Notes under the pieces: model-generated
What the model was told of the DNA's origin: nothing
Databases searched by the model: none
What the model saw: only the letters and a program-made list of their open reading frames with translations
Shown here: positions 22,262 to 32,174 of the stretch, in pieces
How the letters are laid out: each line of letters begins with the position of its first letter
Numbering within the stretch: the first letter of the stretch is position 1
Position numbers and translations under genes: made by a program
NCBI GenBank assembly: GCA_036505295.1
Contig: DASXTQ010000084.1
Coordinates: 511 to 64,510, forward strand
From: Candidatus Eiseniibacteriota bacterium
GTDB taxonomy: Bacteria > Eisenbacteria > RBG-16-71-46 > SZUA-252
Direction: 5' to 3'
Length of the DNA stretch: 64,000 bases

Positions 22262-23554
22262 CTAATGGCTGGGGGCCATTTTGAAGGAGACGCATCCCTT
22301 GCCGAGGGCGCCGATTTTTCCGCACGAGGTGACGAGGGCGGGGCTCAGGTCTCTCAGGTGAAAGTCCCCCTTTTCGGGGTCGCAGAAGGCGGGATCCCCC
22401 ACGATCGTATTCGCGGAGGGGCGGGCGCCCGGCCCGTCCAGCGATTGGATCAGGTTGCACTCATAGCGCGGGGCACTTTTCAGCTCGAGCACAGCTTTGT
22501 TCTTGGCAGTGCTGTCGATGACGAAGATGTTGCGGACGATTTCGGGGGACACCTCCTGGGCGAAGATGGCGCCTCCCTCCGCATCGGCTCCGTTCCTATA
22601 GAAGGTGTTGCCGTACACGGACGGGTTCACTCCCGCCGTCCGGCGGCCGAGGATCTGAATCGCGGCGCCGGCGGCGGTCGCGCGGTTCCTATTGAAAATG
22701 GAGGTTTGGAGCATGAGAGCGGCATGATCCGTCAGCAGGGCGCCACCCGTCGCCGCGCGGTTGGCGGTGAACACCGAGCTGCGGACACGAAGGTCGGCGC
22801 TATCCGTGGCGGCCAGGGCGCCACCCGCGACCGCGGAGGTGTTTCCCTTGAAGGTACAGTTCATGAACGCGAGCAACGAGTTCTCCCCGTTGGCGGCTCC
22901 TCCCGTGCCCCCGTCCGCGCGGTTCTCCTCGAAGAGGCAGCCGGTGGCGAGTTGAAGCACCGAGTTCACGAGCGACATCGCCCCTCCGGTTGCGCCATGG
23001 TTCGAGCGGAAGGTCACGCCAAAGACCTTCAGTTCGGAATCACTCGCGGTGAGTCCGCTGCCCTTGTTCTCCGAAATCTCGGAATCGGCGATCCGGATGG
23101 CGCTCTGCCACGCAGCGATCCCCGTTTCCCAGTTCGATCGGATATCGCAGCTCTCGATCGCGAACGTTGTGTCCCGCAGACAGTAGATCCCGCTTCCCCC
23201 GGGCGCCTTCCCGCGCTGAATGCGGAACCCGTAGATCCCGCCGCGCACGACGCCCTCCACATGGAGTACCCGCACGCTATCCCGACCGTCCAAGATCGTT
23301 TCGGTCGGCCCTCCCTCGCCGAAGAGCACGAGCCGTTTCTTGAGGACGAACGGGCCGTTATAGGTTCCGGGCGAGACCCAAAGGGTGTCTCCCACGGCGG
23401 CCGCGTCGATGGCGGCTTGAAGGCGCTTGTATTGGCGGGGCACGAAAATGCGCTTCGCCTGCGCGGGCCCGGGAGCGAGGGGGCCCACGAGGAGGAGCGC
23501 CGCAAGCGCCGCAAGCGCGAGACGCCTCGAGTGGAGCCGGCGGATCGGAATCAT
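22262..23554 (-). CDS. secreted right-handed parallel beta-helix repeat protein
   Basis: Signal peptide and a run of repeated ~22-aa Gly/Ala/Asn-containing segments of the kind seen in pectate-lyase/NosD-type folds. Confidence 0.55.
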   Translation of the reverse strand: MIPIRRLHSRRLALAALAALLLVGPLAPGPAQAKRIFVPRQYKRLQAAIDAAAVGDTLWVSPGTYNGPFVLKKRLVLFGEGGPTETILDGRDSVRVLHVEGVVRGGIYGFRIQRGKAPGGSGIYCLRDTTFAIESCDIRSNWETGIAAWQSAIRIADSEISENKGSGLTASDSELKVFGVTFRSNHGATGGAMSLVNSVLQLATGCLFEENRADGGTGGAANGENSLLAFMNCTFKGNTSAVAGGALAATDSADLRVRSSVFTANRAATGGALLTDHAALMLQTSIFNRNRATAAGAAIQILGRRTAGVNPSVYGNTFYRNGADAEGGAIFAQEVSPEIVRNIFVIDSTAKNKAVLELKSAPRYECNLIQSLDGPGARPSANTIVGDPAFCDPEKGDFHLRDLSPALVTSCGKIGALGKGCVSFKMAPSH

Positions 23555-26250
23555 GCGACCCCGGGCGCCGGGGGATCCGCATCGTAGCTTCCCGCGATCG
23601 CCAGCGCATAGCCTCTGGGGCCAAGGTACTTTCTCGCGGCTGCGCGCACCTCCTCAAGCGAGACGCTGTTGATGATGGCGACGTAGCGCTCGATATAGTC
23701 CATGCCCAGCGCGTAGAGCTCGGCCCCAAGCAGCTGGGCGGCGACCCCGGAATTCGTCTCGAGCCTGACAGGGAAGACTCCGGTCATGTAGCTCTTCGCC
23801 TCCCCAAGCTCCGTCGGGGTGGGCCCCGCCTCGTGCATCTGCTTCACCTGGGTCCAGATCTCCTTCGCCGTCCGGTCCGCGTTCGCCGGGTTCGTCCCGG
23901 CCCGGATCTGAATCGGCCCCGCGCCGATCCCCGCGTTCAAATTCGAATAGACACCGTACACGAGCCCCTGCTTGTCGCGAAGGTTGTCCATGAGGCGGCT
24001 CGAGAGGGAGCTCCCACCCAGGAGGTAATTCATGATCATGGCCGGGTAATAGTCGGGATCGGTTCGGGACAACCCCGGCAGGGCGTAGACGACGTCGACC
24101 TGGGATTTCCCTTCCATGCGAACGGTTCGCCGCTCCGCGCGGTCGGGCGGCGCGATCCGCGGCACCGCGAGAGGCGCGGGGTTCTCAAGCTTCCGCCAGT
24201 CGCCGAACGATTGCGTCACCTGCTCGATCGTGGCCTTCGGGTCGATGTCTCCGACCAGAACCAACACGACCGTGTTGGGTCCATAGTGCGCGGCGTGGAA
24301 CGATGTCAGGTCGTCGCGCGCGATCGCGCCGAGGGAAGCTTCGGTCCCGATGGGCGAATGGTGGAACGGGTGCCCGGGGTTGAAGAGAATCTCATTCGCG
24401 ACCTTCGAGGCCACGAAGGCTGTGTTTTCCTCGGCGACCTTGACCCGGATGATCTGCTCGTCGCGAGCCTTCTCGATCTGGTCCGGTGCAAAGGCCGGGT
24501 TCCGGAGCGCGTCGGCCAGGACAGCGAGCACCGTGCCGATGTCCTCCGCCAGCGCGTTCCCGGAGAATGTGGCGGTCTCGGGGCCCCCATCGAAACGGAG
24601 ACTCGCCCCGATGCTCTCGAGCGCCTCCGCCTGATCCAGCGCCGTGCGATTCGCGGTGCCCCTGTCCAGCATCGCTGCCACGAAGCTGGAGAGCCCGCCC
24701 TTTTCGGCCGGGTCGTAGATCGCGCCCGCCTTCACGAGACCGTGGATGGCGACGGTCGGATTCGCAGGATTCACCCGGAGCACGACCACGAGGCCGTTTG
24801 GAAGCTCGAATCGGACCGGCTCGATGGCGCGCGAAGGGGCCTTCGTCGCCGCGGCGGACCCGGCATCGTGCTCCTGGTATCGGTTTTCGGCGGGCCGACG
24901 AACGCGCCCCGCCCCCCCGCGCCTAACCCCCGCGCCTCGGGCGTGCCCTGCCGAGGGGCCCGTGGCGTCCGGGGGAAGCGGATCGTAGTGGCCGACCGTT
25001 CGTGCGTCCTCTAGGAGATATCCGCGCGCCACCCTTTGGATATCCTCGGGAGTCACGTTCGCGATCAGGTCGAGGTAGGTGTCCAGGTATCGGTATGACC
25101 CCACGGTTTCGTAGTACCCCAATTGTTGCGCCAGGCTCCGAACGGAATCCCTGGAATACGTGAAGGATGCTTGGATCTGCTTTTTCGCCCGGCTCAGCTC
25201 ACCCTGCGATGGGGGCTCCGCTTTCATCCGGCCCGCTTCCTCGAGCAGCGCCCGCTCCAGCTTGTCGAGCGGCACGCCGGGAGCCGCGGTGGCCTCGGCG
25301 ATGAAGAAGAGGGGATCGCGCGCCGTCTCGTTCGCCGCCTCGGCATCCGTGGCGAGCTTTCCTTCGACGAGGGCCTGATAGAGGCGGGACGCCTTCCCAT
25401 GGCCCAAGATCATGCCCAGCAGGTCCAGGGCGTACGTGTCCGGGTCCGTGAGCGCCGGGGCCTTGTAGGCTACCATGAGGTAGCGCGTGTCCCCGGGCTT
25501 TCGAATCTTGAATCGACGCTCACCGATCTGCGGCGGCTCCACCGTCACGACGGGCGGCGGCTCCGGACCTCTCTCGATCAAGCCGAAGTGCTTCTTCACG
25601 AGCGCGAGCGCTTCGTCGCGCGCCGCGTCCCCCACGATGACGACCGTGGCGTTGTTGGGCAGATAATGGCTCCGGTAGTAGTCGCGAATTTGCTTCGTTC
25701 GAATCGCTTCGACGTCGCTTCTCCATCCGATCGTCGGCCAGTGATAGGGGTGTGCCTGGAAGGCCTGCGCGAAGAGCTCCGTGTAAAGCGCCCGGTGAGG
25801 ATCATCCTCGTTCCGCTCAAGCTCCGAGCGAACGACGGTCATTTCGAGCCGATGCTCTTCCTCGGGGATGAGCGCATTCGTCATGCGATCGGCTTCAATC
25901 TCCATCGCCAGCTCTAGGCGGTCCGACGCGAGCACCTCGAAGTAGTTCGTGTAGTCCAGCGACGTCGCCGCGTTGAACGAGGCGCCGTTTCGCTGCAGAA
26001 GCCGCGCGATCTCGCCTTTGCCGTACTTCGGAGTTCCCTTGAACATCATGTGCTCGAGCAAATGGGAAATGCCCGTCATGCCGGTGCTCTCGTTTCGGGA
26101 TCCGACCTTGTACCAGACCATGAACGAAACGACCGGCGCCCCCCGCACCTCCTGGATCAGAACTTTCAGACCGTTCTCGAGGACGGCCTCGAAGACCGGA
26201 CTCCCCTTCTTCACCAGTTCCCGGCGGGTCGCCGTGGGCGATTGGCTCAT
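23551..26250 (-). CDS. two-unit peptidase M16 (pitrilysin family, PqqL-like zinc protease)
   Basis: Inverted zinc motif HLLEHMMFKGT in unit 1 and a second inactive M16 repeat. Likely start is MSQSP at 26250; the track extends to 26403. Overlaps the beta-helix gene by 4 nt. Confidence 0.75.
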   Translation of the reverse strand: MSQSPTATRRELVKKGSPVFEAVLENGLKVLIQEVRGAPVVSFMVWYKVGSRNESTGMTGISHLLEHMMFKGTPKYGKGEIARLLQRNGASFNAATSLDYTNYFEVLASDRLELAMEIEADRMTNALIPEEEHRLEMTVVRSELERNEDDPHRALYTELFAQAFQAHPYHWPTIGWRSDVEAIRTKQIRDYYRSHYLPNNATVVIVGDAARDEALALVKKHFGLIERGPEPPPVVTVEPPQIGERRFKIRKPGDTRYLMVAYKAPALTDPDTYALDLLGMILGHGKASRLYQALVEGKLATDAEAANETARDPLFFIAEATAAPGVPLDKLERALLEEAGRMKAEPPSQGELSRAKKQIQASFTYSRDSVRSLAQQLGYYETVGSYRYLDTYLDLIANVTPEDIQRVARGYLLEDARTVGHYDPLPPDATGPSAGHARGAGVRRGGAGRVRRPAENRYQEHDAGSAAATKAPSRAIEPVRFELPNGLVVVLRVNPANPTVAIHGLVKAGAIYDPAEKGGLSSFVAAMLDRGTANRTALDQAEALESIGASLRFDGGPETATFSGNALAEDIGTVLAVLADALRNPAFAPDQIEKARDEQIIRVKVAEENTAFVASKVANEILFNPGHPFHHSPIGTEASLGAIARDDLTSFHAAHYGPNTVVLVLVGDIDPKATIEQVTQSFGDWRKLENPAPLAVPRIAPPDRAERRTVRMEGKSQVDVVYALPGLSRTDPDYYPAMIMNYLLGGSSLSSRLMDNLRDKQGLVYGVYSNLNAGIGAGPIQIRAGTNPANADRTAKEIWTQVKQMHEAGPTPTELGEAKSYMTGVFPVRLETNSGVAAQLLGAELYALGMDYIERYVAIINSVSLEEVRAAARKYLGPRGYALAIAGSYDADPPAPGVA

Positions 26251-26264
26251 GGACGCGTCCCCTC

Positions 26265-27716
26265 TCATCCGGCGCGCTTGAGGGCCGCCACGCATTCGAT
26301 GTGGGGTGTATGGGGGAACATGTCGACGGGCTGGATCCATTCGAGCGCGAATCGCGATTCGCAGAGGAGCGCCAAGTCGCGGCCCAGCGTGCTCGGATTG
26401 CACGATATGTAGACCAGCCGCGGCGAGCCCAATTGGATGAGGCGGCCCACGACTCCGGGATGCAGTCCCGCGCGCGGCGGATCGACGAGCACCGCGTGGA
26501 TCTCCGGGCGGCCGGGGGATCCCGAGGCATCGCGCCCCCCCAAGTCAAGGCGGTCGCGCAGCACTTCCAACGCTTCCCCCCTCCAGAAGCGCGCGTTCGT
26601 GATGCCGTTCCGCTCGGCGTTTCGCTCTGCGTCCCGCACGGCAATCTCGGAAGATTCGATCCCGATCGCCTCGGCCGACCTCATCGCGATGGGGAGGGTG
26701 AACGTGCCGGTGCCTGAGTACACGTCCAGGACCCGCTCCGTTCCGGTCAGGGCGAGCGCTTCCAGCGCCGAATCCAGAAGGCGTTCCGCCTGCTCGGTGT
26801 TGGTCTGAAAGAATGAGTTGGAGGAGATCTCGAACGTAAGGCCCCCGAAGCGCTCCAGAATCGTCGGCTGCCCCTCGAGCAGGCGCTCCTCCTCCCCGAG
26901 CGCGACCTGCGCCTTCCGCCGCGTGAGATTCAAGACGACGCTGGCGACGGAGGGGAAGGCGCCCCGCAAAGCCGCCGCCAGCCGCTCGAGCGCCGGATGC
27001 GTCTCGCTTGCGACGATGTTGACCATCACCTGGCCGGTCCGCATCCCTTCGCGCACGACCAGAAATCGGAGGAGGCCCGTGTGGCGCCTCAGATCGTACG
27101 GCGGCAGCGCTTCCCTCTGCGCGAAGTCACGCACGAACGCGACGATCTCGCTGGAGATGGGGGTCGCGATATGGCAGCGCTCGAGATCGAACGGCTTGTC
27201 GAAAAGCCCGCGCCGGTGGAGGCCCAGCGTCAACCGATCCCCGTCCTTGCCGAACGAGTATTCCATCTTGTTCCGGTAGTGAAAGAGGTTCGTCGCCGGC
27301 AGGATCGGCCGTGAGGGAACCCGGAGCCGGCCCAAATGGGCGAGGCACGCCTCGACTTGGCGCACCTTGTGCCGAAGCTGCTCCTGATAGTCGAGATCCT
27401 GAAACCGGCATCCCCCGCAGATGGGAACGTGGCCGCAGCGCGCCGGCACCCGGGAAGGGGAGGGGGCGAGGATCTCCACGGCCCGCGCCTCCGCGTATTG
27501 ACGCCGCTTCCGGTAGACCGTTGCGAGCACACGGTCTCCCGGGAGGGCATTCTCCACGAACACGACGAACCCACCGATTTTGGCCAGCGCCTTTCCGCCG
27601 AAGGCGAGGTCGGAGATCGTGAGATCGAGCGTCTGGCCGCGTCGGGCCGGAGCCTGGTTTTCAGCCGACCCAAGGGCGGGTGAAACCCCCGCCGGGGTCG
27701 GTTCCGTCGAATCCAT
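26265..27716 (-). CDS. rlmD: 23S rRNA (uracil-5-)-methyltransferase RlmD/RumA family
   Basis: TRAM domain, the CGGCRFQ Fe-S cysteines, and a SAM MTase (VLDVYSGTGTFTLPIA, FFQTN). Confidence 0.8.
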   Translation of the reverse strand: MDSTEPTPAGVSPALGSAENQAPARRGQTLDLTISDLAFGGKALAKIGGFVVFVENALPGDRVLATVYRKRRQYAEARAVEILAPSPSRVPARCGHVPICGGCRFQDLDYQEQLRHKVRQVEACLAHLGRLRVPSRPILPATNLFHYRNKMEYSFGKDGDRLTLGLHRRGLFDKPFDLERCHIATPISSEIVAFVRDFAQREALPPYDLRRHTGLLRFLVVREGMRTGQVMVNIVASETHPALERLAAALRGAFPSVASVVLNLTRRKAQVALGEEERLLEGQPTILERFGGLTFEISSNSFFQTNTEQAERLLDSALEALALTGTERVLDVYSGTGTFTLPIAMRSAEAIGIESSEIAVRDAERNAERNGITNARFWRGEALEVLRDRLDLGGRDASGSPGRPEIHAVLVDPPRAGLHPGVVGRLIQLGSPRLVYISCNPSTLGRDLALLCESRFALEWIQPVDMFPHTPHIECVAALKRAG

Positions 27717-27871
27717 CCCCGGAGTCTACACCATCGTTTCCGCTCAGGATCGGGGCGTTCGGTACCGAAAATTACGTCGACGCGCTTTGTCCCCGGAAGG
27801 CCGAGGTAGAGGTGCGATCCGGGGCGGCGGGCGGGCGGTGATCGCTAGATTCGTTCAAGGAGGAACCGAAC

Positions 27872-29062
27872 GTGCGATGGATCGGTCTGATGCTCGGGCT
27901 CGGGTTTTGCCTGGGGCTGGTTGAGCCGGTGGAATGCGCCTCGGTTGGCCCGGTGAATTTCCAGGGCAACCTGGACCTCGTCGGTTTGAGCCGAACCGAG
28001 CAGGAGGGCATCAACACCCTGAACTTCGGCGAGAACCCGTTCCACACGGCCCGGATCCGTCTCTTTGCCGACGCCCCCATTCAGGATCACGTCCACGCCT
28101 TCACGGAGTTCCTCTACGACGACGAAACCATGATGGCGCGGCTCTTCGGGGGCTTCGTCCGGCTTTCGGATCCGAAAGGGCGCGACATCCATCTTGAGGT
28201 CGGAAAGATTCCGCTCCACTTGGGAGCCTATCCAAACCGCTCGTACGCGCCCCAAAACAACCTGATCGGCGCTCCGCTCATGTACCAATACCATACCGAT
28301 CTCCGCACCGATCAGGCCGCCGTTCGCGGCGAGGATATCGTGGCGAACCGGGGGCAAGGCTACCGTTCGAATTACATGACAGCGGGGCTCACGGGCGTAG
28401 GGGGCTCCGGGGGGGAGGCGGTTCCCGTCCTATACGAGAACTGCTGGGACTTCGGGATGGTCTTGATCGGAACGGCCGCGCCGATCGAGTTTGCGCTCGG
28501 CGTGACGAACGGGAGCGCGGCGCAGCCGGTCATGGGAGACACGAACAACGGGAAGCAGATTCTCGCGCGGCTCGGATTCGTCCCCGCCCCGTGGATTCGG
28601 GCCGGCGTTTCCGGATCGCGCGCCCCCTATCTCTACCAGGATCTGAATGAAGATCTGCCGCCGGGGAAGACGGTGGATCAATTCATGCAGAAGCTCGCGG
28701 CCGCCGACCTGGAGCTTTCCTATGGTCACGGCGTCCTTTACTCGGAGTTCCTCTTCAGCCGATTCGAGTCGCCGTTCATCGGCAACCTGGACCTCCGCTC
28801 CTGGTACGTGGAAGGCAAGTGGACCCTCCTGCCCGGCTGGTACATTGCCGGGCGATTCGACCGCATGATCTTCGCCGACGTGGCGCTCTCCGGAGGCGGT
28901 GTCGCGGCCTGGGACGCGGATCTTTGGAAACGCGAGATCGGGATCGGGTTCAAGCCGTCGAAGCGCCTGGTCGCGAAGCTTGTGCATCAGCAGTCCCAGG
29001 TCAACGTGACGCCTCCGCTCGTGCGCGCGTTCGCCGCGGCCCAGCTCTCGGTGGGGTTCTGA
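27872..29062 (+). CDS. secreted protein, probable outer-membrane beta-barrel
   Basis: GTG start, signal peptide, alternating amphipathic strands and a C-terminal ...SVGF aromatic end. Confidence 0.5.
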   Translation: MRWIGLMLGLGFCLGLVEPVECASVGPVNFQGNLDLVGLSRTEQEGINTLNFGENPFHTARIRLFADAPIQDHVHAFTEFLYDDETMMARLFGGFVRLSDPKGRDIHLEVGKIPLHLGAYPNRSYAPQNNLIGAPLMYQYHTDLRTDQAAVRGEDIVANRGQGYRSNYMTAGLTGVGGSGGEAVPVLYENCWDFGMVLIGTAAPIEFALGVTNGSAAQPVMGDTNNGKQILARLGFVPAPWIRAGVSGSRAPYLYQDLNEDLPPGKTVDQFMQKLAAADLELSYGHGVLYSEFLFSRFESPFIGNLDLRSWYVEGKWTLLPGWYIAGRFDRMIFADVALSGGGVAAWDADLWKREIGIGFKPSKRLVAKLVHQQSQVNVTPPLVRAFAAAQLSVGF

Positions 29063-29733
29063 TGCGCGCCGCACCCGCGACCGCCGCGGTGCTTCTCGTA
29101 GCGCTCCTCCGCGCGGCCGGCGCTTCGGCCGGCGCGATCACGGGAGAGGTTCTGGTCTCGCCCGCCGACCTCGCCATCCGCGATACGTCGAAGCCCAATC
29201 CGTACGTCGGTCAGCTCAGTGCTACCGCGCAGACGGTGGTCGCGGCTACGGTCGACACCGCCTACGGCGCGGCGTGGGTCGCCGATCCCGTACCCGATCC
29301 GGGCCCTCCGCCTCCCCCCGCCAGGATGGACCAGCTGGGCCAGCGGTTCGTCCCGCGCATTCTCGTCGTTCAGGCGGGGCAAACCGTCGAGTTCCACAAC
29401 AGCGATAATGTCTTTCACAACATTTTCTCCTACTCGCCCCCGAAGCACTTCGACCTGGGGCGCTACCCGAAAGGGAAGTCCCGGAGCGTGACGTTCGTGA
29501 AGCCTGGAGCAGTCCAGGTCTACTGCGACATCCACTCCGACATGCGCGCCGACATCATCGTCGCGCCGACACGCCATTTCGCCTTGATCGGGCGGAGCGG
29601 CCGGTTCCGCATCGAGAACGTGCCCGCCGGGACCCACACGGTCAAGGTGTGGCTGCCCAGCTCAGGCGAACGCATGGCCACGGTCGACGTGCCCGCAAAG
29701 GGCGCCGCCTCGCTCCCGCCTCTCGAACCGTGA
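29062..29733 (+). CDS. cupredoxin-like (type-1 Cu motif) protein with a C-terminal carboxypeptidase-regulatory-like domain
   Basis: ATG at 29062 overlaps the upstream stop. Signal peptide. FHNSDNVFHN...YCDIHSDM matches an H...C-x2-H-x2-M blue-copper ligand set. GRFRIENVPAGTHTVKVW is a CarboxypepD_reg-like strand. Confidence 0.55.
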   Translation: MRAAPATAAVLLVALLRAAGASAGAITGEVLVSPADLAIRDTSKPNPYVGQLSATAQTVVAATVDTAYGAAWVADPVPDPGPPPPPARMDQLGQRFVPRILVVQAGQTVEFHNSDNVFHNIFSYSPPKHFDLGRYPKGKSRSVTFVKPGAVQVYCDIHSDMRADIIVAPTRHFALIGRSGRFRIENVPAGTHTVKVWLPSSGERMATVDVPAKGAASLPPLEP

Positions 29734-31649
29734 AGCCGTTTCGGCTTCCCAGATTCCGGTTCTCGCTCGCGGCGAAGATCGCAACGACCACGTCGATCCC
29801 CATTCTGGCGATCCTGGTGGCCGCGCTCCTCGCCGTGAATTTCCGGGTCGCCGCCCAGGAGAACAGGACGGTCACCGCCGACCTCGCCCGCGCGGCCCTC
29901 TCCTTCGAAAAGCAGATGCTGCATCAAGGGGAGGAACTGAAGCGCATCGGGATCATCGTCGCGCGCGATCCGAAGTTCTTCGCGATGCTCACGCTTCCCC
30001 GAGTGGATCGCGGCACCGAGTATTTCCATGCGACGCTCGCAGGCGTCGTCGGCGATTTCCAGCGCGATACAGAGGCACAGGTCTTTGACGTTACGGACGA
30101 GCACGGGGTGGTTCTCGTCCGCGGGGGACGGCCCGACGAGCACGGGATCGACATCTCCGGCTCGAAGCTCATCCGGGAAGCGCTCGCGGGTCGTCCGGCC
30201 AGCGGATACATGGTGGAGGGACGGAAAGCCTACCGCGTCGCGGTCGTTCCGATTCTGGTCGGCGGCGCTCTCGTCGGCACCCTGACGCTCGGAAAGAGCG
30301 TGGACTCCGCGCTCGCGCAGGCTCTCAAGGAAACGACACGGAGCGATGTCGTGTTTGCCGTGGACGGCGAAATCGCCTTGAGCACCCTTCCCGAGTCCGC
30401 GCTCCGGAGCATGCTGCAAACGGAGATTCGCGAGTGGCGGGACGCCGACTCCCGCCGCCAGGCCGCCGCGGGACGACCGGGGCAGATGCTCGAGGTGCTG
30501 CCGGTCCAGGGGGAGCGCTTTCTCGCGCTTCGAGGCGACGTGACGGGTCCGGAAGTGGGAGGCCACCTCGGGTACGTGCTTCTGCGCTCCCTCGACCAGG
30601 AGACGGTAATTCTGAAAAGGATCGGAGTGGACCTCTCCGTCGCGGGGGCCACGGCCGCGCTCCTGGCGCTCTTGCTCGGTCTCGGGGTCGCGGCCGGAAT
30701 CACGCGGCCGATCCGGCGCCTCGTGGAAGCGGCCAATGAGATGCGGGTCGGCAACTACGACTTCCCGCTGAACGTCCGCTCACGGGATGAGATGGGGAGG
30801 CTCGCCGAGGATTTCGAAGCCATGCGCGATACCCAGCGGCACGAGATCGAGCGGCTCGGCGAGATCGACCGGATGAAATCAGATTTCATCGCCGTCGCCT
30901 CGCACGAGATCATCACCCCCGTCACGATGATCCGCGCGTACGCGGACATGCTCGGCGAAGGGGCGCTCGGGGAAGTCACCTCGCCCCAGCGTGAGGGGCT
31001 CTCCGCGATACGCCGGGGAACGGATACGCTGACTCGCTTGGCGCGGGACCTGACCAACATGTCCTTGATCGAGCGCAACCAGCTCCCCGCGCATTTCGCC
31101 TCCTGCGACATCGGCGAGGTCCTCGAAGAGGTCGCGGTGCAAGTCGCCCCCTTTGTGACGCAACGAGATCAGCAGCTCTCGATCGGCGTGGAGCCTGGGC
31201 TCGTCCATCCCCGCATTGATCGTGACTACCTGAGCAAGGCGATCCTGAACATCGCCATGAACGCCGTGCGCTTTACACCGGACGGGGGCTCGATCGGGCT
31301 TGGGGCGCAGAGGGTCGGAAACGCCGTTGAGGTCGAGGTGAGCGACACGGGGATCGGCATCGCCGAAGAGGACCAGGAGCGGATTTTCTCGAAGCTCGTC
31401 GAGCTCAAGGACGTCAACCTCCACTCCTCGGGGACGGCGGAGTTCAATTCCTCGGGTCTCGGCCTCGGCCTCTCGATCGCCCGCGGCATCGTGGAGGCGC
31501 ACGGGGGGATGATCCAAGTGGAAAGCCGCGTCGGTGAGGGGAGCATCTTTCTGATTCGGCTCCCCTTCCCCAGCCCAGAGGTCTATCAGGAAGAGACAAC
31601 CGCTTCGGACATTCGCCGTAAAGTCAACGCGACACATATAATCGACTGA
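29730..31649 (+). CDS. HAMP-domain sensor histidine kinase (orphan: no adjacent response regulator)
   Basis: GTG at 29730 overlaps the upstream stop. N-terminal TM, periplasmic region, second TM, HAMP, HisKA (VASHEIITPV) and HATPase_c (GLGLGLSIARGIVEAHGG). Confidence 0.8.
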   Translation: MKPFRLPRFRFSLAAKIATTTSIPILAILVAALLAVNFRVAAQENRTVTADLARAALSFEKQMLHQGEELKRIGIIVARDPKFFAMLTLPRVDRGTEYFHATLAGVVGDFQRDTEAQVFDVTDEHGVVLVRGGRPDEHGIDISGSKLIREALAGRPASGYMVEGRKAYRVAVVPILVGGALVGTLTLGKSVDSALAQALKETTRSDVVFAVDGEIALSTLPESALRSMLQTEIREWRDADSRRQAAAGRPGQMLEVLPVQGERFLALRGDVTGPEVGGHLGYVLLRSLDQETVILKRIGVDLSVAGATAALLALLLGLGVAAGITRPIRRLVEAANEMRVGNYDFPLNVRSRDEMGRLAEDFEAMRDTQRHEIERLGEIDRMKSDFIAVASHEIITPVTMIRAYADMLGEGALGEVTSPQREGLSAIRRGTDTLTRLARDLTNMSLIERNQLPAHFASCDIGEVLEEVAVQVAPFVTQRDQQLSIGVEPGLVHPRIDRDYLSKAILNIAMNAVRFTPDGGSIGLGAQRVGNAVEVEVSDTGIGIAEEDQERIFSKLVELKDVNLHSSGTAEFNSSGLGLGLSIARGIVEAHGGMIQVESRVGEGSIFLIRLPFPSPEVYQEETTASDIRRKVNATHIID

Positions 31650-31764
31650 TTCTAAATCAATTACGCCTCAATCTACGCTGCAGTCACAAACAAGTCAGTT
31701 TTTGTTGACTGTTTACCCGCCTCGCTCGTGCCTCGGAGTCGCATTTTGCCACACCATCAATCCT

Positions 31765-31785
31765 CTGTAAGACAAACGCTTACAG
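31765..31785. promoter_or_regulatory. 7-N7-7 inverted repeat CTGTAAG-acaaacg-CTTACAG, candidate enhancer/operator upstream of the sigma-54 promoter
   Basis: Read directly. About 45 bp upstream of the -24 element. Confidence 0.35.
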
Positions 31786-31810
31786 ACTATCGGTGCAACG
31801 GAATTGCAAA

Positions 31811-31826
31811 TGGCACGGCGGCTGCT
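31811..31826 (+). promoter_or_regulatory. candidate sigma-54 (RpoN) -24/-12 promoter TGGCACGgcggCTGCT
   Basis: Matches TGGCACG-N4-TTGCW with 1 mismatch. GG at 31812-13 and GC at 31824-25 (12 bp apart). About 65 nt upstream of the first micro-ORF. Confidence 0.55.
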
Positions 31827-31890
31827 ATTACCTTCCGACGTCACCAGTTCCGAAGGTGAGCAGTGAACCCCAAATCAGATGAGGTGTGTG

Positions 31891-31965
31891 ATGGAAGCTC
31901 TTCTCGCGATTCTCGTGATCCTGTCGTTCGCTGGTACCGGCCCTGACGGCAAGGCCGGCTGGTAG
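31891..31965 (+). CDS. micro-ORF 1: 24-aa hydrophobic peptide MEALLAILVILSFAGTGPDGKAGW
   Basis: GAGGTG SD 4 nt upstream and a single predicted TM helix. The C-terminal PDGKAGW is shared with micro-ORF 2. Confidence 0.5.
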   Translation: MEALLAILVILSFAGTGPDGKAGW

Positions 31966-32036
31966 GAAGCAGCTGTACCAAGGAAACCCCCGATCCACCG
32001 GTTCAACGAAGCAACCTGAAGGGAGGTGAGAACCAA

Positions 32037-32108
32037 ATGGAGCTGATTCTCCTGCTAATCGTCGCCTACAGCACGATAGTTCCTCCGGACGGAAAGGCCG
32101 GCTGGTAA
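32037..32108 (+). CDS. micro-ORF 2: 23-aa hydrophobic peptide MELILLLIVAYSTIVPPDGKAGW (paralogue of micro-ORF 1)
   Basis: GGGAGGTG SD 8 nt upstream. The 3' 24 nt are nearly identical to micro-ORF 1 (gacggNaaggccggctggtaR). Confidence 0.5.
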   Translation: MELILLLIVAYSTIVPPDGKAGW

Positions 32109-32174
32109 GAGCGGCGTAGTTCTCGGCTTCGCGGGGAGGGCGAACCCCTGCGAGCCGGAGTAAGGCGGATCGAT

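Noticed and set aside
31705-31733. Sigma-70 promoter from TTGACT at 31705-31710
   Set aside because: No acceptable -10 hexamer lies 16-19 bp downstream. The sigma-54-like element at 31811-31826 is a much better fit, although a housekeeping promoter cannot be excluded.
31879-31965. Longer version of micro-ORF 1 starting at the in-frame ATG at 31879 (MRCVMEALL...)
   Set aside because: The downstream ATG at 31891 has a GAGGTG Shine-Dalgarno at ideal spacing, and the upstream ATG lies inside that SD. The shorter form also matches paralogue 2 in length.
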